Program-made: the position numbers and the translations under genes
In this document: piece after piece, positions 7,827 to 16,547 of the stretch
Position numbering within the stretch: the stretch's first letter is position 1
Layout of the letters: each line of letters starts with the position of its first letter
From: Alphaproteobacteria bacterium
GTDB lineage: Bacteria > Pseudomonadota > Alphaproteobacteria > Micropepsales > Micropepsaceae
DNA: 64,000 bases
NCBI GenBank assembly: GCA_020852655.1
Contig: JADZAI010000100.1
Span: 12,135 to 76,134 of the forward strand
Direction of reading: 5' to 3'
The notes under the pieces: generated by a model
Told to the model about the DNA's origin: nothing
What the model saw: the letters and a program-made list of their open reading frames with translations, nothing else
Databases searched by the model: none

Positions 7827-10460
7827 ATGACCGACGCAATGCTGCCGCCTGGCGAACCCGCGCGGCGATCGGTCGTGTATGAGCGGCCGAAGACGACATC
7901 GCGCGCCGTGCTGTTCATGGACCGGCTGGCCGACCGGGCGATCACCTATGGCGGCCTGTTCGTGATCTTCACCGTGTTCGCGATCATGGCGTTCCTCATC
8001 TGGGTGTGCCTGCCGCTGATCCACGCAGGGGGCCTCGAAAGCCGCGCGCGGTACAGGCTGGAGACGCATGCCGGGGGAAACTACGCCGCGGCGCAGACGG
8101 ACGAGCAGCTCGCGCTCGCCCTCGACCTCGCGCTCGACGGACACATCGAAGCCTTCCACGCGCCGACCGGGCGCAGCCTGCCGGCGCCGGCCTTCGATCT
8201 CGGCGGCCGGGTGGCGACGACCGTCGGCAAGACGCTGGGCGGCGCCGACATCATCTTCGGCTTCGCCGACGGGACGGTGCGGCTGGGCGAGCTGAACCTG
8301 AAGCAGATGGTCGTGCCGGAGACCGTCATCCCGGCCGATCTCCAGACCCTGAACGAGCGCGACGGGCTTTCCGGCGGCGCGATCTTCTCGCGCATTCCCG
8401 GGCAGTACCGGAAGTCCTCGATCGAGACCGCGATCGAGCCGCCGGTGCAGGTGGCGCCGCACGGTGTCGCGATCGTCAAGGTGGACTATCGCGTCTCGGG
8501 CACGGCGGAGCGGCCGCTGAAGACCTTCGTATCGCTCGACGCGGCGGGCACGATCCGGCTGAGCCAGGCGGCCTCGACCGTCAACATGATGACGGGCGAA
8601 ACGAGTTCGGACGTCGTCAGCAGCGAGATTCCGACCGACGTCGCCGCGCCGCAGGTCGTCGCGCTGCTGCTGAACGCCGACGGCAGCCGCGTCATCGTCG
8701 GCCTCCAGGACGGCACGCTGCTGCGCTTCAACACGCGCGACTTCCGGAACCCGCAGCTCGTGGAGCGCACGAGGACGATGCCGGACGGCGTCGCGCTCAC
8801 CGCCCTCGCCTATCTGAACGGCGACAATTCGCTCGTCGTCGGCGGCTCGGACGGCTCGACCTCGGTGTGGTTCGGCGTCGACCGGAAGAGCAAGGATACC
8901 GCGGACGGCATCGTGCTGACCCAGGTCCATGCCGATTTCGAGGCGATGCCGGCCGCGGTGAGCGATATCCGCGTCAGCCAGCGCACGCGCCTGTTCATCA
9001 CCAGCGATGTGGCCGGCGATGTATGGATCCGCCATGCGACGACCGAGCGCACGCTGCTGAAGCTGCCCGATCCGCCGGACACGGCGGGCCTTTCGGCCAC
9101 CATCTTCGCGCCGCGCGACGACGCCGTGCTCGGCATCGGCAAGAACGGCGAGGTGGCGCTGTGGCGGATCGACATTCCGCATCCCGAGACGACGCTCCAG
9201 TCGCTCTTCGGCAAGGTCTGGTACGAGGGCTACAGCGAGCCGCAATATGTGTGGCAGTCGACGGCCTCGCAGGACTCGTTCGAGCCCAAGCTGTCGCTCG
9301 TTCCGCTGATCTTCGGCACCTTCAAGGCGGCGATCTACGCGATGCTGCTGGCGGTGCCGATCGCCCTCTTCGCAGCGATCTACACGAGCGAGTTCCTGCA
9401 CTGGAAAGTGCGGAGCGTGGTGAAGCCGGTGATGGAGCTGATGGCGACGCTGCCGTCGGTGGTGATCGGCTTCATCGCGGCGCTGGTGCTCTCGCCGATC
9501 GTCGAGAACTGGATCGCGGCGATCGTGATCGCCTTCGCGGTCATCCCGATCACGCTGATCGGCGCCGCCTTCCTGTGGCAGATGCTGCCGAAGGACACGG
9601 CGCTGCGGCTCGAAGGCATCCCGAAGCTCGCCTTCTTCTTCGCGGCGGTGTTCGCGGCGGTCTATGCCTGCGTCTGGATCGGGCCGGCCTTCGAGGCGGC
9701 CTTCTTCGGCGGCAACTTCAAGCAGTGGACGGCCGGCGAAGGCTCCGGCACCCCGTTCCTCTTCCTGCTGATGATCCCGTTCGCGGCGATCGTGATGTTC
9801 TCGCTGTGGTCGATGGTCACGGCGGCGCTCGGCTATCGCGACTGGCTGCGGCAGCAGGGCGACGTGACGGCCGGCGGCGTCGAGCTGGTGCGCTGGGCCG
9901 TGCTCATCGCCGCTTCGCTGCTGCTCGCCTGGATCATCGCGGCGGCGCTGAGCGGCGTCGGCATAGACGCGCGCGGCGGCCTGGTCGACACCTATATCCA
10001 GCGCAACACGCTGATCGCCGCCTTCGCGATATCCTTTGCACTGATCCCGATCATCTACACGATCGCGGAAGATGCGATGAACACGGTGCCCGAGCATCTC
10101 AGGGCCGGCAGCCTCGCCTGCGGCGCCTCGAAATGGCAGACGGCGCGCTGGATCATCGTGCCGACCGCGGGCTCGGGGATCTTCTCGGCGATCATGATCG
10201 GCCTCGGCCGGGCGGTCGGCGAGACGATGATCGTGGTGATGGCGACGGGCAACACGCCGGTCACCGATTTCAACCTGTTCAACGGGCTGCGCGCGCTATC
10301 GGCGAACATCAATGTCGAGCTGCCGGAAGCGGTGAAGGATTCGACGCTCTACCGCACGCTGTTCCTGTGCGGCCTCGTGCTCTTCGCCATGACCTTCATC
10401 ATCAACACCGTCGCCGAAATGGTGCGCCAGCGCTTCCGCAAGCGCGCCGCGCAACTCTAG
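7827..10460 (+). CDS. pstC: Phosphate ABC transporter permease PstC, long form with a large extramembrane domain
   Basis: 877 aa. C-terminal PLIFGTFKAA...TLPSVVIG...GSLACGASKWQT...GRAVGETMIV permease core; about 400 aa of WD40-like beta-rich repeats after the first TM. Confidence 0.93.
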   Translation: MTDAMLPPGEPARRSVVYERPKTTSRAVLFMDRLADRAITYGGLFVIFTVFAIMAFLIWVCLPLIHAGGLESRARYRLETHAGGNYAAAQTDEQLALALDLALDGHIEAFHAPTGRSLPAPAFDLGGRVATTVGKTLGGADIIFGFADGTVRLGELNLKQMVVPETVIPADLQTLNERDGLSGGAIFSRIPGQYRKSSIETAIEPPVQVAPHGVAIVKVDYRVSGTAERPLKTFVSLDAAGTIRLSQAASTVNMMTGETSSDVVSSEIPTDVAAPQVVALLLNADGSRVIVGLQDGTLLRFNTRDFRNPQLVERTRTMPDGVALTALAYLNGDNSLVVGGSDGSTSVWFGVDRKSKDTADGIVLTQVHADFEAMPAAVSDIRVSQRTRLFITSDVAGDVWIRHATTERTLLKLPDPPDTAGLSATIFAPRDDAVLGIGKNGEVALWRIDIPHPETTLQSLFGKVWYEGYSEPQYVWQSTASQDSFEPKLSLVPLIFGTFKAAIYAMLLAVPIALFAAIYTSEFLHWKVRSVVKPVMELMATLPSVVIGFIAALVLSPIVENWIAAIVIAFAVIPITLIGAAFLWQMLPKDTALRLEGIPKLAFFFAAVFAAVYACVWIGPAFEAAFFGGNFKQWTAGEGSGTPFLFLLMIPFAAIVMFSLWSMVTAALGYRDWLRQQGDVTAGGVELVRWAVLIAASLLLAWIIAAALSGVGIDARGGLVDTYIQRNTLIAAFAISFALIPIIYTIAEDAMNTVPEHLRAGSLACGASKWQTARWIIVPTAGSGIFSAIMIGLGRAVGETMIVVMATGNTPVTDFNLFNGLRALSANINVELPEAVKDSTLYRTLFLCGLVLFAMTFIINTVAEMVRQRFRKRAAQL

Positions 10461-10476
10461 ACTGGACAGGCCCGAG

Positions 10477-12210
10477 ATGACCGATTTCGCGGTAAAGGAC
10501 GTGTCCATGAAAGCCGCCGAGCGCACGAAGCCCGCGCGCAATTATTCGACCGATCTTGCGGCGCGCGGCGAGCCCATGGTGTTCGCCATGGGCGGCTCGC
10601 TGGCGATCGGCCTCATCATGATCGTCGGCATCCTCGGCCTCATCGCCTGGTTCGGCTTCACGACCTTCTGGCCGCAGCCGGTCTCGGTCGTGCACACGAA
10701 GGACGGCAAGGTGATCGCCGGCGAAGTGTTCCGCTCGGAATCCTTCAAGCCGACCGAGGCGCAGCTCTCAGCCCTGCCGGACGATGAAAGGCAGAGGATC
10801 GCCGAACAGGCCGGGTTTGCCGAGCGCACGCTCTATCGGGTCGGCAACTACGACCTCTACGGCGAAGATTTCCAGTGGCTGAACGCCTACGACGTCGCGT
10901 CGGTCGAACAGCCGCACGGCCTCGTCTACATGGAGCGCCAGGAGTGGGGCCCGTTCGTCGGCCGCGTCGCCGCCATGACGGTCGACGGCACGGCGACCGA
11001 CGCACCGGGAATCGACGCCGTCCAGGTCGCCGTCTCCGCCGGGCAGGATCGCCGCGCGGCGATCATCCGCCTGAAGCAAGAGGACATCGCCGAGAATAGC
11101 CGCGCGATCGAGGCGCTGCGCCTGGACGCCCGCTCGGCGGTGCTCGCCTATGGCGCCAACGACCCGCGGACGGCGGCGATCCAGGCCGACGTGGCCGCGC
11201 AGACGAAGGCGCTGGAGGAAAAGGCGGCGGCCCTGAACACGCGCCTCGCCGAGCTCCAGGCCGAAGACGCCAAATATGCGCTGACCCTGGCCGACATAAG
11301 CGGCCAGACGAAGCAGCAACCGCTCTCGTCGATCGTCCGCATCTACCAGCCGAACGACATCGGCTTCTTCGGCGCGGCCGGTGTCTACCTGGACCGTTGG
11401 GCCGAGTTCATCTTCGGCCAGCCGCGGGAAGCAAACACCGAAGGTGGCGTCTGGCCGGCCATCGTGGGCACGCTCGCGATGACAGTGCTGCTGTCGCTGC
11501 TGGTCGCGCCGTTCGGCGTGATGACGGCGCTTTACTTGCGCGAATACGCCAGGCAGGGCCGTCTCGTGTCGTTCGTCCGCATCTGCGTGAACAATCTCGC
11601 GGGCGTGCCGTCGATCGTCTACGGCGTCTTCGGCCTCGGCTTCTTCTGCTACATCCTGGGCGGCTCGATCGACCAGCTCTTCTTCGCCGAAAAGCTGCCG
11701 ACGCCGACCTTCGGGACGGGCGGCGTGCTCTGGGCGGCGCTGACGCTGGCGCTGCTCACCGTCCCGGTGGTGATCGTGGCGACCGAGGAAGCTCTCGCTG
11801 CCGTGCCGCGCTCGATGCGCGAAGGCAGCCTCGCCTGCGGCGCCTCGAAGTGGCAGACCATCCGCTGGATCGTCCTGCCGCGCGCCCTGCCCGGCATCAT
11901 GACGGGCCTCATCCTCGCGATGGCACGCGGCGCCGGCGAAGTCGCGCCGCTGATGCTGGTCGGTGTCGTGAAGCTGGCGCCCGAACTGCCGCTCGATCTC
12001 TCATGGCCCTTCGTCCACCTCGATCGCAGCTTCATGCATCTCGGCTTCCACATCTTCGACGTGGGCTTCCAGTCGCGCAACGCCGAGGCGGGCCGGCCGA
12101 TGGTGTTCGTCACCACTCTGCTGCTGATCGCCATCATCCTCGTCATGAACGCCGCAGCCATCACCATTCGCAGCCGCCTGAAGCGCCGCTTCGCCGGCAG
12201 CCAGTTCTAG
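10477..12210 (+). CDS. pstA: Phosphate ABC transporter permease PstA, long form
   Basis: REANTEGGVWPAIVGT, NLAGVPSIVYGVFGLGFF, ARGAGEVAPL; predicted coiled-coil insert in the N-terminal half. Confidence 0.94.
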   Translation: MTDFAVKDVSMKAAERTKPARNYSTDLAARGEPMVFAMGGSLAIGLIMIVGILGLIAWFGFTTFWPQPVSVVHTKDGKVIAGEVFRSESFKPTEAQLSALPDDERQRIAEQAGFAERTLYRVGNYDLYGEDFQWLNAYDVASVEQPHGLVYMERQEWGPFVGRVAAMTVDGTATDAPGIDAVQVAVSAGQDRRAAIIRLKQEDIAENSRAIEALRLDARSAVLAYGANDPRTAAIQADVAAQTKALEEKAAALNTRLAELQAEDAKYALTLADISGQTKQQPLSSIVRIYQPNDIGFFGAAGVYLDRWAEFIFGQPREANTEGGVWPAIVGTLAMTVLLSLLVAPFGVMTALYLREYARQGRLVSFVRICVNNLAGVPSIVYGVFGLGFFCYILGGSIDQLFFAEKLPTPTFGTGGVLWAALTLALLTVPVVIVATEEALAAVPRSMREGSLACGASKWQTIRWIVLPRALPGIMTGLILAMARGAGEVAPLMLVGVVKLAPELPLDLSWPFVHLDRSFMHLGFHIFDVGFQSRNAEAGRPMVFVTTLLLIAIILVMNAAAITIRSRLKRRFAGSQF

Positions 12211-12219
12211 GAGCACGCC

Positions 12220-13065
12220 ATGAGCGCCGCCGAACTACTCGACGAAGCCCCGCGCAAGGTTGACGAATACGGCTATGAGCCGACCGCCTATCACATCAAG
12301 GCGGGCGACCACGGCGCCAATCTGAACATCGAGGATTTCAGCCTGTATTACGGGCAGTCCCGCGCGCTGTGGAACATCAACCTGGACGCCCAGAAGGGCA
12401 TGGTGACGGCGCTGATCGGCCCTTCGGGCTGCGGCAAGTCCACCCTGCTCCGTTCGCTCAACCGGATGAACGACCTCGTCGACGGCGTGCGCACGACGGG
12501 CCAGGTCAGCCTCGACGGCATGCCGATCTTCGGCAAGGCGGTGGACGTGATCGCGCTGCGCAAGCGCATGGGCATGGTGTTCCAGAAGCCCAACCCCTTC
12601 CCCATGTCGATCGCCGAGAACGTGACCTATCCGCTGAAGGTCGACGGCGTGAACGACCGGAAGGTGCTGGCCGAGGCGGTGGAGAGCGCGCTGAAGGGCG
12701 CGGCCCTGTGGGACGAGGTGAAGGACCGCCTCGACCAGTCGGCGCTCGGCCTCTCGGGCGGCCAGCAGCAGCGCCTCTGCATCGCGCGCGCCATCGCCGG
12801 CAATCCGGAAGTGCTGCTGATGGACGAGCCCTGCTCGGCGCTCGATCCGATCGCCACGATGAAGATCGAGGACCTGATCGACGAGCTGAAGGGCACTTAC
12901 ACGATCCTGATCGTGACCCACAACATGCAGCAGGCGGCGCGCTGCTCCGACAACACGGCCTTCATGTATCTCGGCCGCCTGATCGAATACGGCGAAACCG
13001 ACACGATCTTCACCAACCCGCAACTGAAGCGGACGGAGGATTATGTGACGGGGCGGTTCGGCTGA
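12220..13065 (+). CDS. pstB: Phosphate ABC transporter ATPase
   Basis: [56 protein letters not shown]. Confidence 0.98.
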   Translation: MSAAELLDEAPRKVDEYGYEPTAYHIKAGDHGANLNIEDFSLYYGQSRALWNINLDAQKGMVTALIGPSGCGKSTLLRSLNRMNDLVDGVRTTGQVSLDGMPIFGKAVDVIALRKRMGMVFQKPNPFPMSIAENVTYPLKVDGVNDRKVLAEAVESALKGAALWDEVKDRLDQSALGLSGGQQQRLCIARAIAGNPEVLLMDEPCSALDPIATMKIEDLIDELKGTYTILIVTHNMQQAARCSDNTAFMYLGRLIEYGETDTIFTNPQLKRTEDYVTGRFG

Positions 13066-13068
13066 GAT

Positions 13069-13485
13069 CTACTCGATCGCGGTCAGTCCGATGCTGCGCG
13101 CACCGCCAGCCATTCGCTGATCGAAGGTGAGAATTGGCAGCGACAGGCGCTTGCAGATTGCGAGATGAAGCGCGTCAGGAGCACGCATGCCACCAATCGA
13201 CGCCTTTACGATCCGGGCAGCCTCCATGATGTCGTCATCGACGACCTGAATCATGATTGCGGCTTCGGTGAGTTCGCGGAACTTGTCGTACATTTCGTCG
13301 AGTCCCACATGGTCCACTACGCCGCGGCGGAACAGCCGTGTCGCGGCCGACGTGAATTCCGCCACAACCCAGGTGCTCATCGCGGGTGTGTCGTCCAACG
13401 TGCCGAGTGCGGCCTTCGCTCGCTCATGAAGTGCATCACGATGGGTGGCGGATACGGCGACGCTGGCGTCGAGATAGACGTTCAA
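13069..13485 (-). CDS. vapC: PIN-domain (VapC-type) toxin
   Basis: YLDASV...WVVAEF...DALHLA...ILTFD PIN acidic residues; TTG start overlaps the antitoxin TGA (TTGA). Confidence 0.88.
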   Translation of the reverse strand: MNVYLDASVAVSATHRDALHERAKAALGTLDDTPAMSTWVVAEFTSAATRLFRRGVVDHVGLDEMYDKFRELTEAAIMIQVVDDDIMEAARIVKASIGGMRAPDALHLAICKRLSLPILTFDQRMAGGARSIGLTAIE

Positions 13486-13730
13486 TATCCTTCGTCCCGC
13501 ATCTCGCGAATGAGCGCAACGGCATCGATTGGGCCTTGCAGCGGCTCGACGGGGTTGAGCAGTACACGCCTCAGCGCCTCACGCCACTCTTCCTTGGGCT
13601 TCTCGTCAGGCCCCATCAGCCGTGCCGCCACCTTGCCGTGTCGGGTGATCTCGACGGTCTCACCCCTCTTGGCGCGCTCGATCAGCCTGGCGAGGTTGTT
13701 GCGGGCTTCCGCGACGCTGTAGGTAGCCAT
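13482..13730 (-). CDS. Phd/YefM-family antitoxin
   Basis: MATYSVAEARNNLARLIERAKRGETVEITRHGKVAARL, a classic Phd N-terminus. Confidence 0.92.
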   Translation of the reverse strand: MATYSVAEARNNLARLIERAKRGETVEITRHGKVAARLMGPDEKPKEEWREALRRVLLNPVEPLQGPIDAVALIREMRDEGY

Positions 13731-13737
13731 GCCTCGA

Positions 13738-13760
13738 TTATAGCCATCCGATGGCTATAA
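13738..13760. promoter_or_regulatory. Perfect 23-bp palindrome, probable TA autoregulatory operator
   Basis: TTATAGCCATC-C-GATGGCTATAA, 7 bp upstream of the antitoxin ATG. Confidence 0.75.
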
Positions 13761-13794
13761 TTCAAACACACCTCACCTTGCCGGGCCGCAACGG

Positions 13795-13824
13795 AAAAAG
13801 GCCCGGGGTTGCGCCCCGGGCCTT
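13795..13824 (-). terminator. Intrinsic terminator of the porin gene
   Basis: AAGGCCCGGGG-ttgcg-CCCCGGGCCTT stem; the - strand continues into a T-run (AAAAA on + at 13795-13799). Confidence 0.8.
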
Positions 13825-13847
13825 CCTGAACGAGCAGCGTCGGCCGC

Positions 13848-15455
13848 TTAGAACGCGAACTGCGTGCGGACGGCGAAGGTGTCGTAGGTCTGTCCGATGT
13901 TCGGATAGGCCGAGGATGGGGCAGTCGGGTTGGTGCTCGCCGACAGCGCGGTCGAGGACAGGCGGTCGATGTCGACATTCTGGTACTGGAACATGAGGCG
14001 CATGTTGCGGTTCAGGTACCAGTTGAGCGCGACGGTCACGATGTCCTGCTTGCCGCCGCGGATTTCGCCAAGCGCCGTGTTGGGCGCCGTGCCCTCGGCG
14101 CCGACCTTGTAGTTGAGGTCGAGTTCCGAGTAGCGCGCGGCAATCTCCCAGGCCCCCCAGGTGCCGCCCGTCGAGAACGGGCTGTTGGGACGCGGCGCGC
14201 CGAACTGCATGCGCGAGTTCGAGAAGCCCTGTGCCTCGTAGCGCTTCGTCTCCCCGGTGAGGATGTAGGACGCCATCACGTACCAGCCGCTGAAATCGGG
14301 GTCCTGCGCCGTGAGGTTGCAGCCCGCGCATGCGCGGTCGCGATCGAGGCCGAAGTTGAAGAACTCGCCCGAGAGGTAGAAATTCTTGTAGCGGGCGGCG
14401 GCCTCGAGGCCCCACATCCAGCCGCCGTCGGCGGCGATGTTGCCGGTCGAGACGAGGCGGTCGCCGTTGATGCGCAGCTCGGGGCGGTCGCGGAAGTTGA
14501 CGTTGCGGGCGCCCGGCAGCGTATTCGGCGCCGTCAGGTCGACGCCGCCCATCGACAGGATGGCGGCGGCGTTGGCGCCCAGGTGGACGTCCCAGTCGGC
14601 ATTCTTGAAGACGCGGGCGGCGATGCGGCCGAGCACCTGGTCGCGATCGTCGGCGACCTGGTTGCGGGTGCCGATGGGCGACGTCGTGTAGGCGACGTTG
14701 ACCATCCAGTCCATGTTCTCGCCCTGCTTGAGATAGGTGGCCTCGATGCCCTTGCGGGCGTCGGAGCCGCCGTATTCGCCGATGACGGTGTTCACCACCG
14801 AAGCGCGCTCGAGGAAGGTGATGTCGTTCGATGACGTCGAGTCATCCAGCGTGAAGGTCGGCTGGATCGCGCCGACATTGATGCGGACTTCCGGCGTCGG
14901 GTTGTAGGCGACGCGGAGAATGTTGATCGAACCCGGGTCCTCGTTCTCGGCGCCGCCGAAGTTGAAGCGGAACTCGTAGTCGAAGTCGCGGAACACCTTG
15001 CCCTCGACGCCGAACTGGGCGCGGCGGAAATAGGAGCCCGAGTTCAGATCGCGGACATTCTGGCCGTCGACGGCGAGCGGCACGTCGTTGCCGGGATCCT
15101 GCGCATACAAGCCGGCGTCGAAGTGGAAGCGGCCGCGGACGGCGAGCGAAAAGCGCCCGTCGCCGGTCGCGACGACCGGGCGGCCGTTGTCGAACGACCA
15201 CTGCACCGCGTCGGCGCGGGCCTGGAGGGCGTTGATCTTGGAGCCCTGGCTGATCTCGAGGTCCTGGACGCGCTGTTCCAGCTCGGCGACGTTGCCCTGC
15301 GGCGTGCCGGTATCCTGCACCTGGCGGCGGACCTCGGCGGCGATCATCTGCCGCAACTGGGTCTCGGTGACCTGGTAGACCTTTTCCTTTGCGCTCGCGG
15401 TCGCCGCCAGCGCGATGCCCGCGGCGCCCGCCAGCATCAATGCGCGCAGTTTCAT
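13848..15455 (-). CDS. Phosphate-selective porin, OprO/OprP family
   Basis: Signal peptide, N-terminal coiled coil, YFRRAQFGVEG, TFLERA, RDRPELR, ARYSELDL, C-terminal Phe; Pho boxes upstream. Confidence 0.88.
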   Translation of the reverse strand: MKLRALMLAGAAGIALAATASAKEKVYQVTETQLRQMIAAEVRRQVQDTGTPQGNVAELEQRVQDLEISQGSKINALQARADAVQWSFDNGRPVVATGDGRFSLAVRGRFHFDAGLYAQDPGNDVPLAVDGQNVRDLNSGSYFRRAQFGVEGKVFRDFDYEFRFNFGGAENEDPGSINILRVAYNPTPEVRINVGAIQPTFTLDDSTSSNDITFLERASVVNTVIGEYGGSDARKGIEATYLKQGENMDWMVNVAYTTSPIGTRNQVADDRDQVLGRIAARVFKNADWDVHLGANAAAILSMGGVDLTAPNTLPGARNVNFRDRPELRINGDRLVSTGNIAADGGWMWGLEAAARYKNFYLSGEFFNFGLDRDRACAGCNLTAQDPDFSGWYVMASYILTGETKRYEAQGFSNSRMQFGAPRPNSPFSTGGTWGAWEIAARYSELDLNYKVGAEGTAPNTALGEIRGGKQDIVTVALNWYLNRNMRLMFQYQNVDIDRLSSTALSASTNPTAPSSAYPNIGQTYDTFAVRTQFAF

Positions 15456-15531
15456 GTAAAAACCCCCTGTGTCTGCAACAGCGCAGACTCGTTCCTGCGG
15501 GGGCCTTCTGGCGGGGCAGGATCACGTCCAA

Positions 15532-15560
15532 ATGACACGCGGGTGACAGGGATGTGACAC
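15532..15560 (-). promoter_or_regulatory. Triple Pho box upstream of the porin
   Basis: The - strand reads GTGTCAC-atcc-CTGTCAC-ccgc-GTGTCAT: three heptamers at exact 11-bp spacing. Confidence 0.85.
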
Positions 15561-15900
15561 GCAGCGCCGTGTCCTTCCTGCCACGGCGGGCGCGGACGGT
15601 GCGTGTCCGCGAATCCTGTTCACGCCGCTTCGAGTCCGGCTGCGGCGGGGATTTGCGAGTCCCTGGAATCGGTTAGGGCGAGGTCTTGAGGTAGGGATTC
15701 GGATCGCTGCCGGCCTGGGTGAAGCGGCAGGTGAATCCCGTGGGACACGGCGGTTCTGCGCAGATGGCGCACGGCGCAGCCCGGTCTGGACGGGAATTTA
15801 ATGGCTGACGCTACGAAAGCTTCACCCTGATGCGGAATCGCTGGCCGGTGTGTTCACTCGTCACTTGTTTTTTGTGCACCGCGATAATATCTCGCCCCGC

Positions 15901-15917
15901 TATATCGAACCGAAATA
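15901..15917. promoter_or_regulatory. Candidate PadR autoregulatory operator
   Basis: TATATCG-aac-CGAAATA (one mismatch from a perfect dyad) in the AT-rich stretch 12 bp upstream of the PadR ATG. Confidence 0.35.
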
Positions 15918-15929
15918 TGGGCGGCATTC

Positions 15930-16547
15930 ATGATCGATGTCCGGATGCTCTGCCTCGCCGCCCTGATGGGGCACGAGGCAAGCGGCTATGACATCAAGAA
16001 GGAGCTGGAAAAGGGCGGCTCGACCGGGCTCGTGGATGCGAGCTTCGGCTCGATCTACCCGGCCTTGGCGCGCCTGGCGGAGGACGGCCTGATCACCGCC
16101 CGGACCGAGGGCGGGCGCGGGCGGACCGGCAAGACGATCTACGCCATCACCGCCGAGGGCCGGGCGCATTTCCTGAAGACCCTGTCGGGGCCGATCCCGG
16201 AGGAGAAATACCGTTCGCCCTTCCTCTTCGCGATGCTGTTCGCCGACGAACTGCCGCGGGAGCGCGTGCGGGTCATGATCGACCAGCAGATCGCCCAATG
16301 GGAGGAGAAGATCGCCGCCGTCGAGGCCAGCCGGGCCGCGGGGCCGGGCGGCGCCGGTGCGAGCTTCGTCTTCGGCTTCGGCGAAGCGACGCTGCGGGCC
16401 GGCCTGGAGTTTCTGAAGCGGCACCGCCGGGCCGTCGAGATGGGCGCACGCGATGCCGCCCCGCCGGCCCCAACGCAATATCGGGCGGGTGACCGTCCGG
16501 ACGCCATGACCGAGCCGGCCGCCGCGGCGGCATTGAGGACACCATGA
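15930..16547 (+). CDS. PadR-family transcriptional regulator
   Basis: SGYDIKK...SFGSIYPALARLAEDGLI...KTIYAITAEGRAHF winged HTH plus a C-terminal helical domain. Confidence 0.93.
   Translation: MIDVRMLCLAALMGHEASGYDIKKELEKGGSTGLVDASFGSIYPALARLAEDGLITARTEGGRGRTGKTIYAITAEGRAHFLKTLSGPIPEEKYRSPFLFAMLFADELPRERVRVMIDQQIAQWEEKIAAVEASRAAGPGGAGASFVFGFGEATLRAGLEFLKRHRRAVEMGARDAAPPAPTQYRAGDRPDAMTEPAAAAALRTP

Noticed and set aside
6762-10097. Very long antisense/alternative-frame ORFs (e.g. 6762..10097 -, 17640..20342 -, 21201..24338 +, 25261..28059 -, 29871..32681 +, 44675..46771 -, 56968..59952 -)
   Set aside because: Shadow ORFs opposite well-supported genes; stop codons are rare off-frame in high-GC3 DNA, and the translations are Arg/Ala/Gly-rich with no motifs.
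15764-15808. Short ORF MAHGAARSGREFNG in the porin-padR gap
   Set aside because: No RBS, no compositional signal and no regulatory codon bias.
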